DNA from: Actinomycetota bacterium
GTDB taxonomy: Bacteria; Actinomycetota; Actinomycetes; S36-B12
DNA: 64,000 bases
NCBI GenBank assembly: GCA_009699015.1
Contig: WLOY01000002.1
Location: forward strand, 334 to 64,333
Direction: 5' to 3'
The notes below the pieces were generated by a model that did not search any database, had not been told where the DNA came from, and saw nothing but the letters and a program-made list of their open reading frames with translations. Made by a program: the position numbers and the translations under genes. Of the stretch, positions 47,349 to 56,416 are shown piece after piece (positions within the stretch are counted from its first letter, which is position 1; the number at the start of each line of letters is the position of its first letter).

Positions 47349-48719
47349 TCAGCCCGCCCGGGCGATGATGCGCACGTAGTGCTTGATCTTGTCCCGGGCA
47401 ACGAGCTTGATGCGGAACCGGCCATTGTTCTCGAATCGCAGTGCCGGCACCGAGGCGATCCCCTTGCGGCCGGACCGCACGGATCCGGCCGCGACCCAGC
47501 GGCCGTTGATCTTCACGAGGACCCGGTAGGAGGTTCGAGGCGTCAGGCTGCGAACACGAGCAGTGACGAGTCTGTTGAGCGGAGCCCGGGCAGTCTGCTT
47601 CGCGCCGAGCCGCGGCGTCGACGCAGCACTGGCGAGCATGACCTTCAGCCGGGTGTACTCACCCGAGCGGACGAGCCACACGCCACCACCGAGGTGAGTG
47701 CCATTGGTGGCCGGCGCGGCACCCTGGGGTCGCGTGACGACGACAGAGTAGGCCTTCGTGCGCTTGTCCGTCGCCGTGACGAGGACAGTAATGGTCGTGG
47801 GCCCGAACGCAAGGGGTATCGCTCCCGATGCAGCCCCGGCAGCCACCTCGGTGCCATTGACACGCACAGAGGACGAAGAGGCCGCCACCGTGGCGGTGAC
47901 CGTCACTGCGGCGGTTGAGTCCAAGGCGGTGGCCGTGTAATCGGAGACCGCGGGGCTGAAGGCGGGGCTCAGCGTTCCATCGCTGACGCGAAGGCCGATG
48001 AGCTCAACCTCCGATGCGCGACGGACGGTGAGCGCGTACCGCTTCAAGGAGAGGTCCTGGGCCTTCACCACGATGGAGATATCGTTGTCACCCACTGCGA
48101 GGACCACCGCATCGGACGTACCGCCGGACGTGACCGCCTGGCCATTGACCTTCACCGTCGAGGACTCCGCGGAGACGGTGGGCGTGATCGTGATTCGCTC
48201 GGTCGTGAACGCAACCTCCGCCGTGTAGGCGTCGATCGCCTTGTCGAAAGCGGGGCTTACCTGACCGGCGCTCAGCTTGAGTGCCGCCAGATCCCTGTCA
48301 GCCGGCGTCGACCGCTGGACCGTGACCGTATACGTCCGCTGCGTCACGCCGTTTCCAGCGGTCACGACCGTCGTGAGGGTGTTCGTCCCCACGGTGAGCG
48401 CAACCGGAGCCGAGGCGGCTCCCGAGACGACGGCCGCGCCGTTCACCGTGACCGTTGCCCCCGGGGCAGCGGTCGGGGTCAGCGTGACGGACGGAGTCGT
48501 GTTCGTGACCACTGCCGTGTAGTTCAGGGTTCCTGAGTCGAATGCGGGCGTGAGGGTACCGGCGGATATAGCGAGGAGATCGAGCGAGGCGTCGGAGGAC
48601 GCAGCGTGTGCCGGAGCCGGCTGGACCGCGAGGATCGCGGCGAGCGCAACGGCCGTGAACGTGAATATGCCGGATCGGCTCATGCGTAAGTTCTTCCCCA
48701 TGACTACCACACGATCCAA
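47349..48719 (-). CDS. Secreted protein with three cadherin-like beta-sandwich repeats and a basic C-terminal domain
   Basis: Signal peptide ...FTFTAVALAAILAVQPAPAHA. There are three units of about 95 aa with the pattern L..L.(L/V)S.G.L(S/T)PAF......YTA.V.........V.VNG..V..G......L..G.N.I...V.A......Y...V.R. The start may be 48701 or 48683. Confidence 0.7.
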   Translation of the reverse strand: MDRVVVMGKNLRMSRSGIFTFTAVALAAILAVQPAPAHAASSDASLDLLAISAGTLTPAFDSGTLNYTAVVTNTTPSVTLTPTAAPGATVTVNGAAVVSGAASAPVALTVGTNTLTTVVTAGNGVTQRTYTVTVQRSTPADRDLAALKLSAGQVSPAFDKAIDAYTAEVAFTTERITITPTVSAESSTVKVNGQAVTSGGTSDAVVLAVGDNDISIVVKAQDLSLKRYALTVRRASEVELIGLRVSDGTLSPAFSPAVSDYTATALDSTAAVTVTATVAASSSSVRVNGTEVAAGAASGAIPLAFGPTTITVLVTATDKRTKAYSVVVTRPQGAAPATNGTHLGGGVWLVRSGEYTRLKVMLASAASTPRLGAKQTARAPLNRLVTARVRSLTPRTSYRVLVKINGRWVAAGSVRSGRKGIASVPALRFENNGRFRIKLVARDKIKHYVRIIARAG

Positions 48720-48883
48720 CTTATGCGTGGGCCAAAGATACTTGGGGCCTCCGACACGCCGATGATCGGTTTTTGTGATTCTCGCGATTTCACCTCGCCC
48801 TTAGTCCTGCATCTGCGAACATCGTCAGCACGCCTTAGTGCCCCCTCCCGTGAGCAGCTAGCCGAAATACGAAAGGGCCCGCC

Positions 48884-50419
48884 ATGTTCAGCAGTCCACT
48901 CGCCGATGTCGACATCCCGGACGTCCCGCTCACCGACTACGTGCTCGCCCGAGCAGATGAACTCGGCGAAAAGCCAGCCCTCGTCGACGGCGCCTCGGGG
49001 CGCACGCTCACCTACGCCGGACTCGCGGCAGCCGTGCGATCCCTCGCCGGCGGACTCATCGCCGGCGGATTCCAAAAGGGCGACGTCGTTGCCCTCATGT
49101 CCCCGAACATCCCCGAGTTCGCGATCATCTTCCATGGCGTCGCCGCAGCCGGCGGCATCATCACGACGGTCAACCCGACCTACACCGAGCCCGAGATCCG
49201 CAAGCAGCTACTCGACTCAGGTGCAACGATCTTCGTTACGGTCGGCCCGCTCCTGCCCCTTGCCACCGCAGCCGCGGCCGGAACCCCGGTTCGCGGGATC
49301 TACGTGCTCGGCGAGACCGAGGGCGCCACGCCGGTAACGGCGCTGTTCGGGGCCCCGATCACGGCCCATGTGCCGGTTTCTTCCGGCGACCTCGTGGTGC
49401 TGCCGTATTCCTCGGGCACGACCGGCCTCAACAAGGGCGTCATGCTCACCCACCGCAACCTCATCGCGAACGTCGCGCAGGTGCTCTCGGCAGCGAATGT
49501 CCGCGAGGACGAGACCTTCATCGCCGTGCTGCCCTTCTTCCACATCTACGGGATGCAGGTGCTCATGAACACCGGCCTGCGGGCCGGCACGACCATCATC
49601 ACGATGCCCCGGTTCGATCTCGAGGAGTTCCTGCGCCTTCACCAGGAGTACGGCGTGACGCGGTCCTTCGTCGCCCCGCCGATCGTCGTCGCCCTCGCCA
49701 AGCATCCGATCGTCGACAACTACGACCTGTCCAAGCTCGAGCAGGTGTTCTCCGGCGCTGCGCCGCTCTCGGCCGAGCTTTCGCTCGAGGCCGGCGCCCG
49801 CCTCGGGTGCGACATCGTGCAGGGATTCGGGATGACCGAGCTCTCGCCGGTCTCCCACCTCACGCCACCTGGCATGTTCAAGCCGGGCTCATGCGGCGTC
49901 ACCGCCCCGAACACGCAGAGCCGCATCATCGACCCGGAGACCGGAGCGGATCTCGGGGTGGACCAAAGCGGCGAGCTGCTCGTACGCGGCCCTCAGGTGA
50001 TGATCGGCTACCTGAACAACCCCGAGGCAACCCAGAGCACGATCGACGCCGATGGCTGGCTCCGCACCGGGGACATCGGCTACATCGACTCGGACGGTCA
50101 CCTGTTCATCGTCGACCGGCTCAAGGAACTCATCAAGTACAACGGTTTCCAGGTGCCTCCCGCCGAACTCGAGGCGCTCCTCCTCACCCACCCTGCCGTC
50201 GCCGATGCCGCGGTCGTCGGGCGACCCGACGAGCAGTCCGGCGAGATCCCGATCGCCTACGTCGTGCTCCGTCAGGACGGCCAGGCCAGCGGCCAGGAGA
50301 TCCAGGACTACGTGGCCGGGCAGGTCGCCCATTACAAGCAGATCCGGGAGGTCATCTTCATCGACACGATTCCCAAGTCCGCATCCGGGAAGATCCTGCG
50401 CCGCCTGCTGCCGCGCTGA
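48884..50419 (+). CDS. AMP-binding acyl/aryl-CoA ligase (4-coumarate-CoA ligase-like)
   Basis: YSSGTTGLNKGV, GYGMTE-like FGMTE, TGDIGY.D.DG and SGKILRR motifs are present. Confidence 0.85.
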   Translation: MFSSPLADVDIPDVPLTDYVLARADELGEKPALVDGASGRTLTYAGLAAAVRSLAGGLIAGGFQKGDVVALMSPNIPEFAIIFHGVAAAGGIITTVNPTYTEPEIRKQLLDSGATIFVTVGPLLPLATAAAAGTPVRGIYVLGETEGATPVTALFGAPITAHVPVSSGDLVVLPYSSGTTGLNKGVMLTHRNLIANVAQVLSAANVREDETFIAVLPFFHIYGMQVLMNTGLRAGTTIITMPRFDLEEFLRLHQEYGVTRSFVAPPIVVALAKHPIVDNYDLSKLEQVFSGAAPLSAELSLEAGARLGCDIVQGFGMTELSPVSHLTPPGMFKPGSCGVTAPNTQSRIIDPETGADLGVDQSGELLVRGPQVMIGYLNNPEATQSTIDADGWLRTGDIGYIDSDGHLFIVDRLKELIKYNGFQVPPAELEALLLTHPAVADAAVVGRPDEQSGEIPIAYVVLRQDGQASGQEIQDYVAGQVAHYKQIREVIFIDTIPKSASGKILRRLLPR

Positions 50420-50464
50420 GACGGCCCCGGCAAGAGTTGAGACGGCCCCGGTAAGAATGGGCTC

Positions 50465-51472
50465 ATGACCATTCGAGTTGGGATCATCGGTACCGGCAAC
50501 ATCGGCACCTCGCACGCCGCAAATCTTGCGCGCGTCGTCTCAGGGTCGTCCGTCAGCGTCGTCTTCGACGCCGACGCCGCCCGGGCTCGCGAGGTGGCGG
50601 GCGATTTCGGTGCACGCGTCGCGCCGACCGTCATCGACGTCATCGAAGCCGATGACGTCGATGCCGTGCTCATCGCCTCGCCAGACGCCATGCATGCCGA
50701 GCAGGCGCTCATCGCAATCGCAGCCGGCAAGCCGATGCTGTGCGAGAAGCCCCTCGCCGTCGGCGACGTCAATGCGAGGAACGTCGTGGACGCCGAGGTC
50801 GCATTCGGCCGCCGGCTCATCCAGGTGGGCTTCATGCGGCGCTTCGACCCCGGATACAACCGCCTCAAGGCCGAGCTCACGGCGTCCGGCATCGGTGAGC
50901 CGCTCATCGTTCACAACGTCCACCGCAACACGTCGGCGCCCTATGGCCTGCGCACCGAGCAGACCCTCACGAACATGGTCACCCATGAATTCGACATCAA
51001 TCGCTGGCTGATCGGCGAGGAGCTCACCTCGGTCATGGTGCTCCCCGGGAAGCGCGGCCCGCTCACCCCCGAGGGCGAGAGCGATCCGATCCTCGTCGTC
51101 CTGCAGTCGCAGACCGGTGTCCTCATCGAGGTCGAGGCGTTCTGCAACGCCCAGTACGGGTACGAGGTGCAGTGCCGCGTCACCGGATCCCGGGGGCAGG
51201 CCGTGATGGGCGATGGCGCGTGGGTGACACGGTCCGCCGATTTCGTCCGGGGGACCGAGCTCCCCGAGTTGTGGCTCGGCAGGTTCGCCGAGGCCTACCG
51301 GATGCAATTGCAGTCGTGGATCGACTCCCTGAAAAGTGGAGGGCCTCTGCTCGGCGCCAGCGCCTGGGATGGCTATGCCGCGGCCGTCATCTCAGACCGC
51401 GCAATCGAAGCCCACCGCACCGGCAGGCGGGTCGACATCGAGCTTCCGGCGAAGCCACCCCTGTACTGCTGA
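50465..51472 (+). CDS. Gfo/Idh/MocA family oxidoreductase (inositol 2-dehydrogenase-like)
   Basis: Rossmann N-terminus VGIIGTGNIG and the EKP motif (MLCEKPLA) are present. Confidence 0.8.
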   Translation: MTIRVGIIGTGNIGTSHAANLARVVSGSSVSVVFDADAARAREVAGDFGARVAPTVIDVIEADDVDAVLIASPDAMHAEQALIAIAAGKPMLCEKPLAVGDVNARNVVDAEVAFGRRLIQVGFMRRFDPGYNRLKAELTASGIGEPLIVHNVHRNTSAPYGLRTEQTLTNMVTHEFDINRWLIGEELTSVMVLPGKRGPLTPEGESDPILVVLQSQTGVLIEVEAFCNAQYGYEVQCRVTGSRGQAVMGDGAWVTRSADFVRGTELPELWLGRFAEAYRMQLQSWIDSLKSGGPLLGASAWDGYAAAVISDRAIEAHRTGRRVDIELPAKPPLYC

Positions 51473-51519
51473 GGTGCTGGGGCGCGAAGGCCGGCCCGAC
51501 CTACCATGCGCCGCAGTGG

Positions 51520-52437
51520 TCAATACCGCTCGGGGATGTGTCGTAGCGGCAGTTCCGGCTCCTGGTAGCCGTCGGGGAGCTGCCTCGCCGGCAGTCCTAC
51601 GTCCCGGTCGGGCAGTGGCTCATATGGCACGCGGCTCAGGAGGTGACTGATGATGTTGAGCCTCGCCCGCTTCTTGTCGTCCGTGTGGGCGATGAACCAG
51701 GGAGCCCATGCATTGTCAGTGGCGGCGAACATCGCATCGCGAGCGCGTGAGTAGTCGAACCAACGGCTGTACGACAGCAGGTCCATGTCCGAGAGCTTCC
51801 AGACCTTGCGCGAATCGTCGATGCGGCTTTCGATCCGACGCATCTGCTCGTCTGGGCTCACCTCCAGCCAGTACTTCAGCAGGATGATCCCTGAGTCGAC
51901 CATCGCCCGCTCCACCCCCGGCGCCATCATCAGGAACCGATCGGCCTGCTCCTCGGTGCAGAATCCCATGACCCGCTCGACCCCTGCCCGGTTGTACCAG
52001 CTGCGATCGAAGATCACCACCTCGCCGGCGGCAGGCAGGTGCGGCACGTACCGCTGCAGGTACATCTGCGATTTCTCCCGCTCGGTTGGGGCCGGCAGCG
52101 CCACGACCCTGAACACTCGTGGACTCACCCGTTCGACGATGCGCTTGATGGTGCCGCCCTTGCCTGCTGTGTCACGGCCCTCGAAGACGATGCAGACCTT
52201 GGCGCCCGCTGACCTGACCCACTCCTGCATCGCCACGAGCTCGGCCTGGAGCGTCGCTAGCTCGCTCTCGTAGGCCCTGCGACTCATCTTCCCGCTGCCT
52301 CCCGGGACCGCTGCGGCTGATGTCGTCCCCCGTTTGGACCCCTTCAGCGTCACCTCCGACCCACTCGGTGCTTCGGCGAGTCCGTGCCGACCCTTCTTCC
52401 GATCCCTCTTGTGCTGCCCCTTCTTGCCCTTTGCCAT
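51520..52437 (-). CDS. Polyphosphate kinase 2 (class-I-like, polyP:NDP phosphotransferase)
   Basis: Internal start MAKGKKGQHKRDRKKG at ATG 52437. FEGRDTAGKGG Walker A, DRSWYNRAGVE and KVWKLS..D are present. It lies 2 nt downstream of the ATPase stop. Confidence 0.88.
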   Translation of the reverse strand: MAKGKKGQHKRDRKKGRHGLAEAPSGSEVTLKGSKRGTTSAAAVPGGSGKMSRRAYESELATLQAELVAMQEWVRSAGAKVCIVFEGRDTAGKGGTIKRIVERVSPRVFRVVALPAPTEREKSQMYLQRYVPHLPAAGEVVIFDRSWYNRAGVERVMGFCTEEQADRFLMMAPGVERAMVDSGIILLKYWLEVSPDEQMRRIESRIDDSRKVWKLSDMDLLSYSRWFDYSRARDAMFAATDNAWAPWFIAHTDDKKRARLNIISHLLSRVPYEPLPDRDVGLPARQLPDGYQEPELPLRHIPERY

Positions 52438-52439
52438 GG

Positions 52440-55196
52440 CTACCGCCTCCGGTCTCGGTTGGAACCCGCTGATGCACGTCGTCGTCGGACCCACTTGGCG
52501 GACTCGATCACGACCGGCAGCAGCATCGCCAGGCCAATGCAGGCCAGCCACTCCGAGCCGCTGAGCGGGACGGTGAGCAGCGCCCGCTGCAACCCCGGCA
52601 GTTCCGTTGCCAGGTAGAGCATGGCCACGGGGACCATCGAGATCGCCAGCGCCTTGAGGACGGGGGCGGTGAGGCCGCTCGTCGGATCGCGGCGGTTCGT
52701 CAGCGCGTTGAGCACGGTGCCCAGGCCCATGACGATGAACGCCATCGTCATCGAGGCGCTTGCCGAGTCAGCGCTCGGCTCGTCGGGCCCGAGCACCAGG
52801 GGGACCATCGCTGCCACGAACAGGACCAGCGCGTAGACGATCCAGAACGTGATGGCGGCTCGATTGGTGATCGGCACCCTCGGATCCCTGGGCGGACGGC
52901 TCATGACGTCGGGGTCGCCGGGATCGACCGCAATGACGACGACGCCGGCCGCCGTCACGAAGAACAGGAGGAAGAGCACCATGGACGGGGTCAGGGCGAC
53001 CCCATCGTTCACATCGAACGCCGTCGCCGCGACGAACAGCATCACGAGGGCGAGCAGCTGTGTCATCTGGAACCGGACGTATGACACGACCTTCGCGTAG
53101 ACCCGGCGACCGAGCTCGACGGCGTGGACAAGCGTGCCGAAATTGTCGTCGGTGAGGATCATGCGGGCAGCCTGCTTCGTGACCTCGCTGCCGCTGCCCA
53201 TCGCGACGCCCATGTCGGCCTGCTTGAGGGCCGCCGCGTCATTCACCGCGTCGCCCGTCATGGCGACCACGAGTCCCTGCTGCTGCATCACCCGGGCCAG
53301 CCGCAACTTGTCCTCCGGCGAGACCCGGCCGAAGACGTGCAACTGGGGCAGCCGCGCAGCAAGCTCCTCATCCGACATGGCGTCGAGCTCAGTGCCGCTG
53401 ATGGCCCCCGGACCCAGCCCGAGGGTCTCTCCGATCGCCCGGGCAGTGACCGCGTAGTCACCGGTGATCATCCGCACATCGATGCCGGCGCGCTGGGCCA
53501 CCGAGACGGCAGACTTCGCCTCAGCGCGCAGCGGATCGATCATTCCGACCATGCCCACGAAGCCCAGGTCGGAAGCCAACGACATCGGGTCTGACGACAG
53601 ACTCGGTTCCTCGTCCTCATCGATGAACCGTGCAGCAAAAGCCAGTACGCGCAAACCTTTCTCGGCCATTCGGGAGTTGGCCTCGGTAATCGCCTGACGC
53701 GCCTTGCCGATCGGCACCTGCAGGTCGCCGTCCGGCCGGCCTGCGTGGCTGCAGCGCGCGAGAACGACATCCGGGCCGCCCTTGACCAGTTCGATGGTTC
53801 GGCTCACCCCGTCGATCTCTACCCGATGGAAGGTCGCCATGAACTTGTACTCGGAATCGAACGGCACTTCAGCGATGCGCGGGTAGGCGCTGCGAGTCTC
53901 GACGGCATCGACGCCAAGCTTGGCAGCGAGCACGACGAGCGCAGCCTCCGTCGGATCGCCGACCACGGCACCGTCGTTCGAAACGGTCGCATCGCTGCAC
54001 AGGCACAGGCCGAGCGCGAGCCTGGTGAAGTCAGGGACGGGCGAGCCTGCCACCGAGCGAATGGTCCCCTGCTTGCGGTACCCCTCTCCATCGACGGTGA
54101 ACCAGGACCCATTGCCGTAGATGTCGGACACCATCATCTCGTTCAGCGTGAGCGTGCCGGTCTTGTCGGTGTTGATGGCGCTGGTCGCACCCAGCGTCTC
54201 GACGTCGGTGAGGTTCTTCACGATCGCCTTGGCCGCAGCGAGCTGCTTGGCTCCGGACGCCAGCATGCCGGAGACGAACGCGGGCAGCCCGGTCGGGATC
54301 GCGGAGATAGCCATCGCCGTTCCGAGCAGGAGAAGCTGGCTCGCGGGCAGGCCACGAACGAGGCCGACCACCACGATGAAGGCCACAGCCGTCCACGCGA
54401 TGATGCCGAGCACACGCGTGAGCCCGTCGAGCTCCTGCTGCAACGGCGACCGAGTTCGCTTGACCGAGGTGAGCATCGACGCGATCTGACCCATCTGGGT
54501 GCCCATGCCCGTCGCGGTGACCGCGATCGATGCGGTGCCTCGCGTCACCGACGTGTTCTGGAAGGCCATGTTCGATCGGTCGCCGATCGGCACATCACGT
54601 TCCGGAATCCGCGCGGGATCCTTTGCGACGGGCGCGCTCTCGCCAGTGAGCGCGGCCTCCTGCACCTCGAGGGTCGCCGAGCGCAGGATGCGCCCGTCCG
54701 CAGGCACGATGTCGCCGGGCTCGAGTTGGACGATGTCGCCGACCACGACATCGACGGACGGCACGAGGCCGAGCACCCCGGACCGAAGCACCTTCGCCTG
54801 CGTCACCTGCAGGGTCGCGAGCGCATCCACGCTGGCGCGCGCCTTCATCTCCTGTCTGGTCGCAAGCGAGATGTTGAACGCGATGAGGACTCCGACGACA
54901 ATCGCCGTCGACCATTGGGCGATAAGCGCACTGACCCCGACAACGGCGATGAGCATGAGGTTCATCGGGTCGCGCAGTTGGCCCAGCGCTACGACGAGGA
55001 TCGACGGTGGTCGCTCGGCGGCAATCCGGTTCGGACCGAGCCGCTCCAGCCGGGACGCCGCCTCCTGCAGGCTCAGCCCGCCGGCCGGATCGCACCCGAG
55101 CTCGTGGCAAACATCGGCCCAATCACGTTCGTACGGCGTCGCGGCCCCGGTCGACCGGCCCCCGCCATGTTCTCCTGATTCGGTTTCCCTGCGCAT
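52440..55196 (-). CDS. Cation-transporting P-type ATPase (P2-type, Ca2+/Mg2+/alkali-cation-like)
   Basis: N-terminal cation-ATPase domain (GLS..EA..RL...GPN), TGES, DKTGTLT, MITGD, GDAVNDAAALK and about 10 TM helices. There is no CPC/HMA motif, so it is not P1B-type. Confidence 0.9.
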   Translation of the reverse strand: MRRETESGEHGGGRSTGAATPYERDWADVCHELGCDPAGGLSLQEAASRLERLGPNRIAAERPPSILVVALGQLRDPMNLMLIAVVGVSALIAQWSTAIVVGVLIAFNISLATRQEMKARASVDALATLQVTQAKVLRSGVLGLVPSVDVVVGDIVQLEPGDIVPADGRILRSATLEVQEAALTGESAPVAKDPARIPERDVPIGDRSNMAFQNTSVTRGTASIAVTATGMGTQMGQIASMLTSVKRTRSPLQQELDGLTRVLGIIAWTAVAFIVVVGLVRGLPASQLLLLGTAMAISAIPTGLPAFVSGMLASGAKQLAAAKAIVKNLTDVETLGATSAINTDKTGTLTLNEMMVSDIYGNGSWFTVDGEGYRKQGTIRSVAGSPVPDFTRLALGLCLCSDATVSNDGAVVGDPTEAALVVLAAKLGVDAVETRSAYPRIAEVPFDSEYKFMATFHRVEIDGVSRTIELVKGGPDVVLARCSHAGRPDGDLQVPIGKARQAITEANSRMAEKGLRVLAFAARFIDEDEEPSLSSDPMSLASDLGFVGMVGMIDPLRAEAKSAVSVAQRAGIDVRMITGDYAVTARAIGETLGLGPGAISGTELDAMSDEELAARLPQLHVFGRVSPEDKLRLARVMQQQGLVVAMTGDAVNDAAALKQADMGVAMGSGSEVTKQAARMILTDDNFGTLVHAVELGRRVYAKVVSYVRFQMTQLLALVMLFVAATAFDVNDGVALTPSMVLFLLFFVTAAGVVVIAVDPGDPDVMSRPPRDPRVPITNRAAITFWIVYALVLFVAAMVPLVLGPDEPSADSASASMTMAFIVMGLGTVLNALTNRRDPTSGLTAPVLKALAISMVPVAMLYLATELPGLQRALLTVPLSGSEWLACIGLAMLLPVVIESAKWVRRRRASAGSNRDRRR

Positions 55197-55291
55197 GGCA
55201 CGCCCCCAGCAGTCGGCACGATGGTTGAGCGACTCAATGACGCTACCCCGGGCCGGCGCGCGATGGCGTGCCAGAAGGACGATTCGGGCGG

Positions 55292-55780
55292 CTACTCCGT
55301 GATGGGCACGGTCGCGAGATCCGCCTCGATGACGCCTCGATCATCATCGTCGAGGTCGATTGCGGCGCCATAGGCGAGATTGCGTTCGGCCCGGGCGGCG
55401 TCCATGTCGCCACGCACGGCGTGGGCCCGTGCCAGTGCCTCATGCGCGGAGGCGGGCACGAATGAGCCGATCTCGTACTCCTCGCAGACCGCTAGGCAGC
55501 GCTGGGCGTGATAGAGCGACTGATCCCCGCGACCGAGGACGGCATAGACCCTGCTGCAGAGCCAGTCGCCGATCGCCCATTGCTCGGCCCCGCCGACCTT
55601 GCCCCAGTGCCAGCGACTGGCATGGGCGGCGTGGATCATCGAGTCGTCCTGCGCCGGGGTGCGCGACTGCATCGCGAGGTAGTCCCACGTGATGTTGAAC
55701 AGCTCACCGGCCAGCTTGCGCTCCCCCAGCAGTTCGAGCATTCCATTGTCGTCGGCTGCCGGTGGCGCATCACTGAACAT
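55292..55780 (-). CDS. Conserved hypothetical protein (helical, TPR-like by composition)
   Basis: 162 aa with MIHAAHASRWHWGKVG...W...WLCSRVYAVLGR, a pattern I recall from uncharacterised actinobacterial proteins. It overlaps the LysE stop by 11 nt, and the alternative start is 55741. Confidence 0.55.
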   Translation of the reverse strand: MFSDAPPAADDNGMLELLGERKLAGELFNITWDYLAMQSRTPAQDDSMIHAAHASRWHWGKVGGAEQWAIGDWLCSRVYAVLGRGDQSLYHAQRCLAVCEEYEIGSFVPASAHEALARAHAVRGDMDAARAERNLAYGAAIDLDDDDRGVIEADLATVPITE

Positions 55781-56414
55781 GGCTGGAATATACGGCGGCC
55801 CCGGTCACGAGTGCGAATACGCCGAAGGCGGCAAGCACTCCGCCGGAGATTCGGTTCACGATGACCATCGCCCGGTCGCTGACGGCATGCCGCACGGCCC
55901 ACACGCCCGTAGAGAGCGCCAGCCACCACGCCAGGGAGCCGCAGGCAACACCGGCCGTGACGACGACGGCGCCACCCGGCCCCGGCTGGGCGGCGAGTCC
56001 GGCGCCGGCGAAGATCGCGGCGAACGCCATGATCGTCATCGGATTGGTGAGGGTCAGGCCCACCGCGCTGGCAAACAGCGTGGTCAGTCGGGTCGAGTCT
56101 TGCGCCTTGGCTGCGGCGAGGGCCGGCGGGGTCCTCATGGCCCGCCAGCCGAGCCACATCAGCGCGAGACCGCCGATGATCCGAAACTGCGCCTGGTAGT
56201 CGATCATCGCCTGGGCCACGGCCGACAGCCCGAACGCCGCCAGTGCGGCGAACAGGGCGTCAGCGAATGCGATGCCGGTGCCGGTTGCGAGCCCTGCCCG
56301 CCATCCGTGCGCCAGAACCCTCTGGATGCAGAGGATGCCCATGGCACCCACCGGTGCGGCTACGACGACCCCGATGATGAAGGTCCGGGCGAAGAGGCCT
56401 GCGCTCGCACCCAT
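55770..56414 (-). CDS. LysE-family amino-acid/metabolite exporter
   Basis: 214 aa with six hydrophobic segments. The N-terminal motif APVGAMGILCIQR is typical of one LysE/RhtB subgroup. The start lies 2 nt after the ABC permease stop. Confidence 0.65.
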   Translation of the reverse strand: MGASAGLFARTFIIGVVVAAPVGAMGILCIQRVLAHGWRAGLATGTGIAFADALFAALAAFGLSAVAQAMIDYQAQFRIIGGLALMWLGWRAMRTPPALAAAKAQDSTRLTTLFASAVGLTLTNPMTIMAFAAIFAGAGLAAQPGPGGAVVVTAGVACGSLAWWLALSTGVWAVRHAVSDRAMVIVNRISGGVLAAFGVFALVTGAAVYSSHVQ

Positions 56415-56416
56415 GA

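Noticed and set aside
53745-55178. 477-aa plus-strand ORF inside the P-type ATPase region, and similarly 60954..62300 inside nrdJ, 8777..10003 inside the NPP gene and 5551..7074 / 6087..7082 inside the MFS gene
   Set aside because: All are antisense or out of frame relative to genes with strong family motifs. Their translations are Arg/His/Asp/Pro-rich without domains, which is a typical GC-rich artefact.
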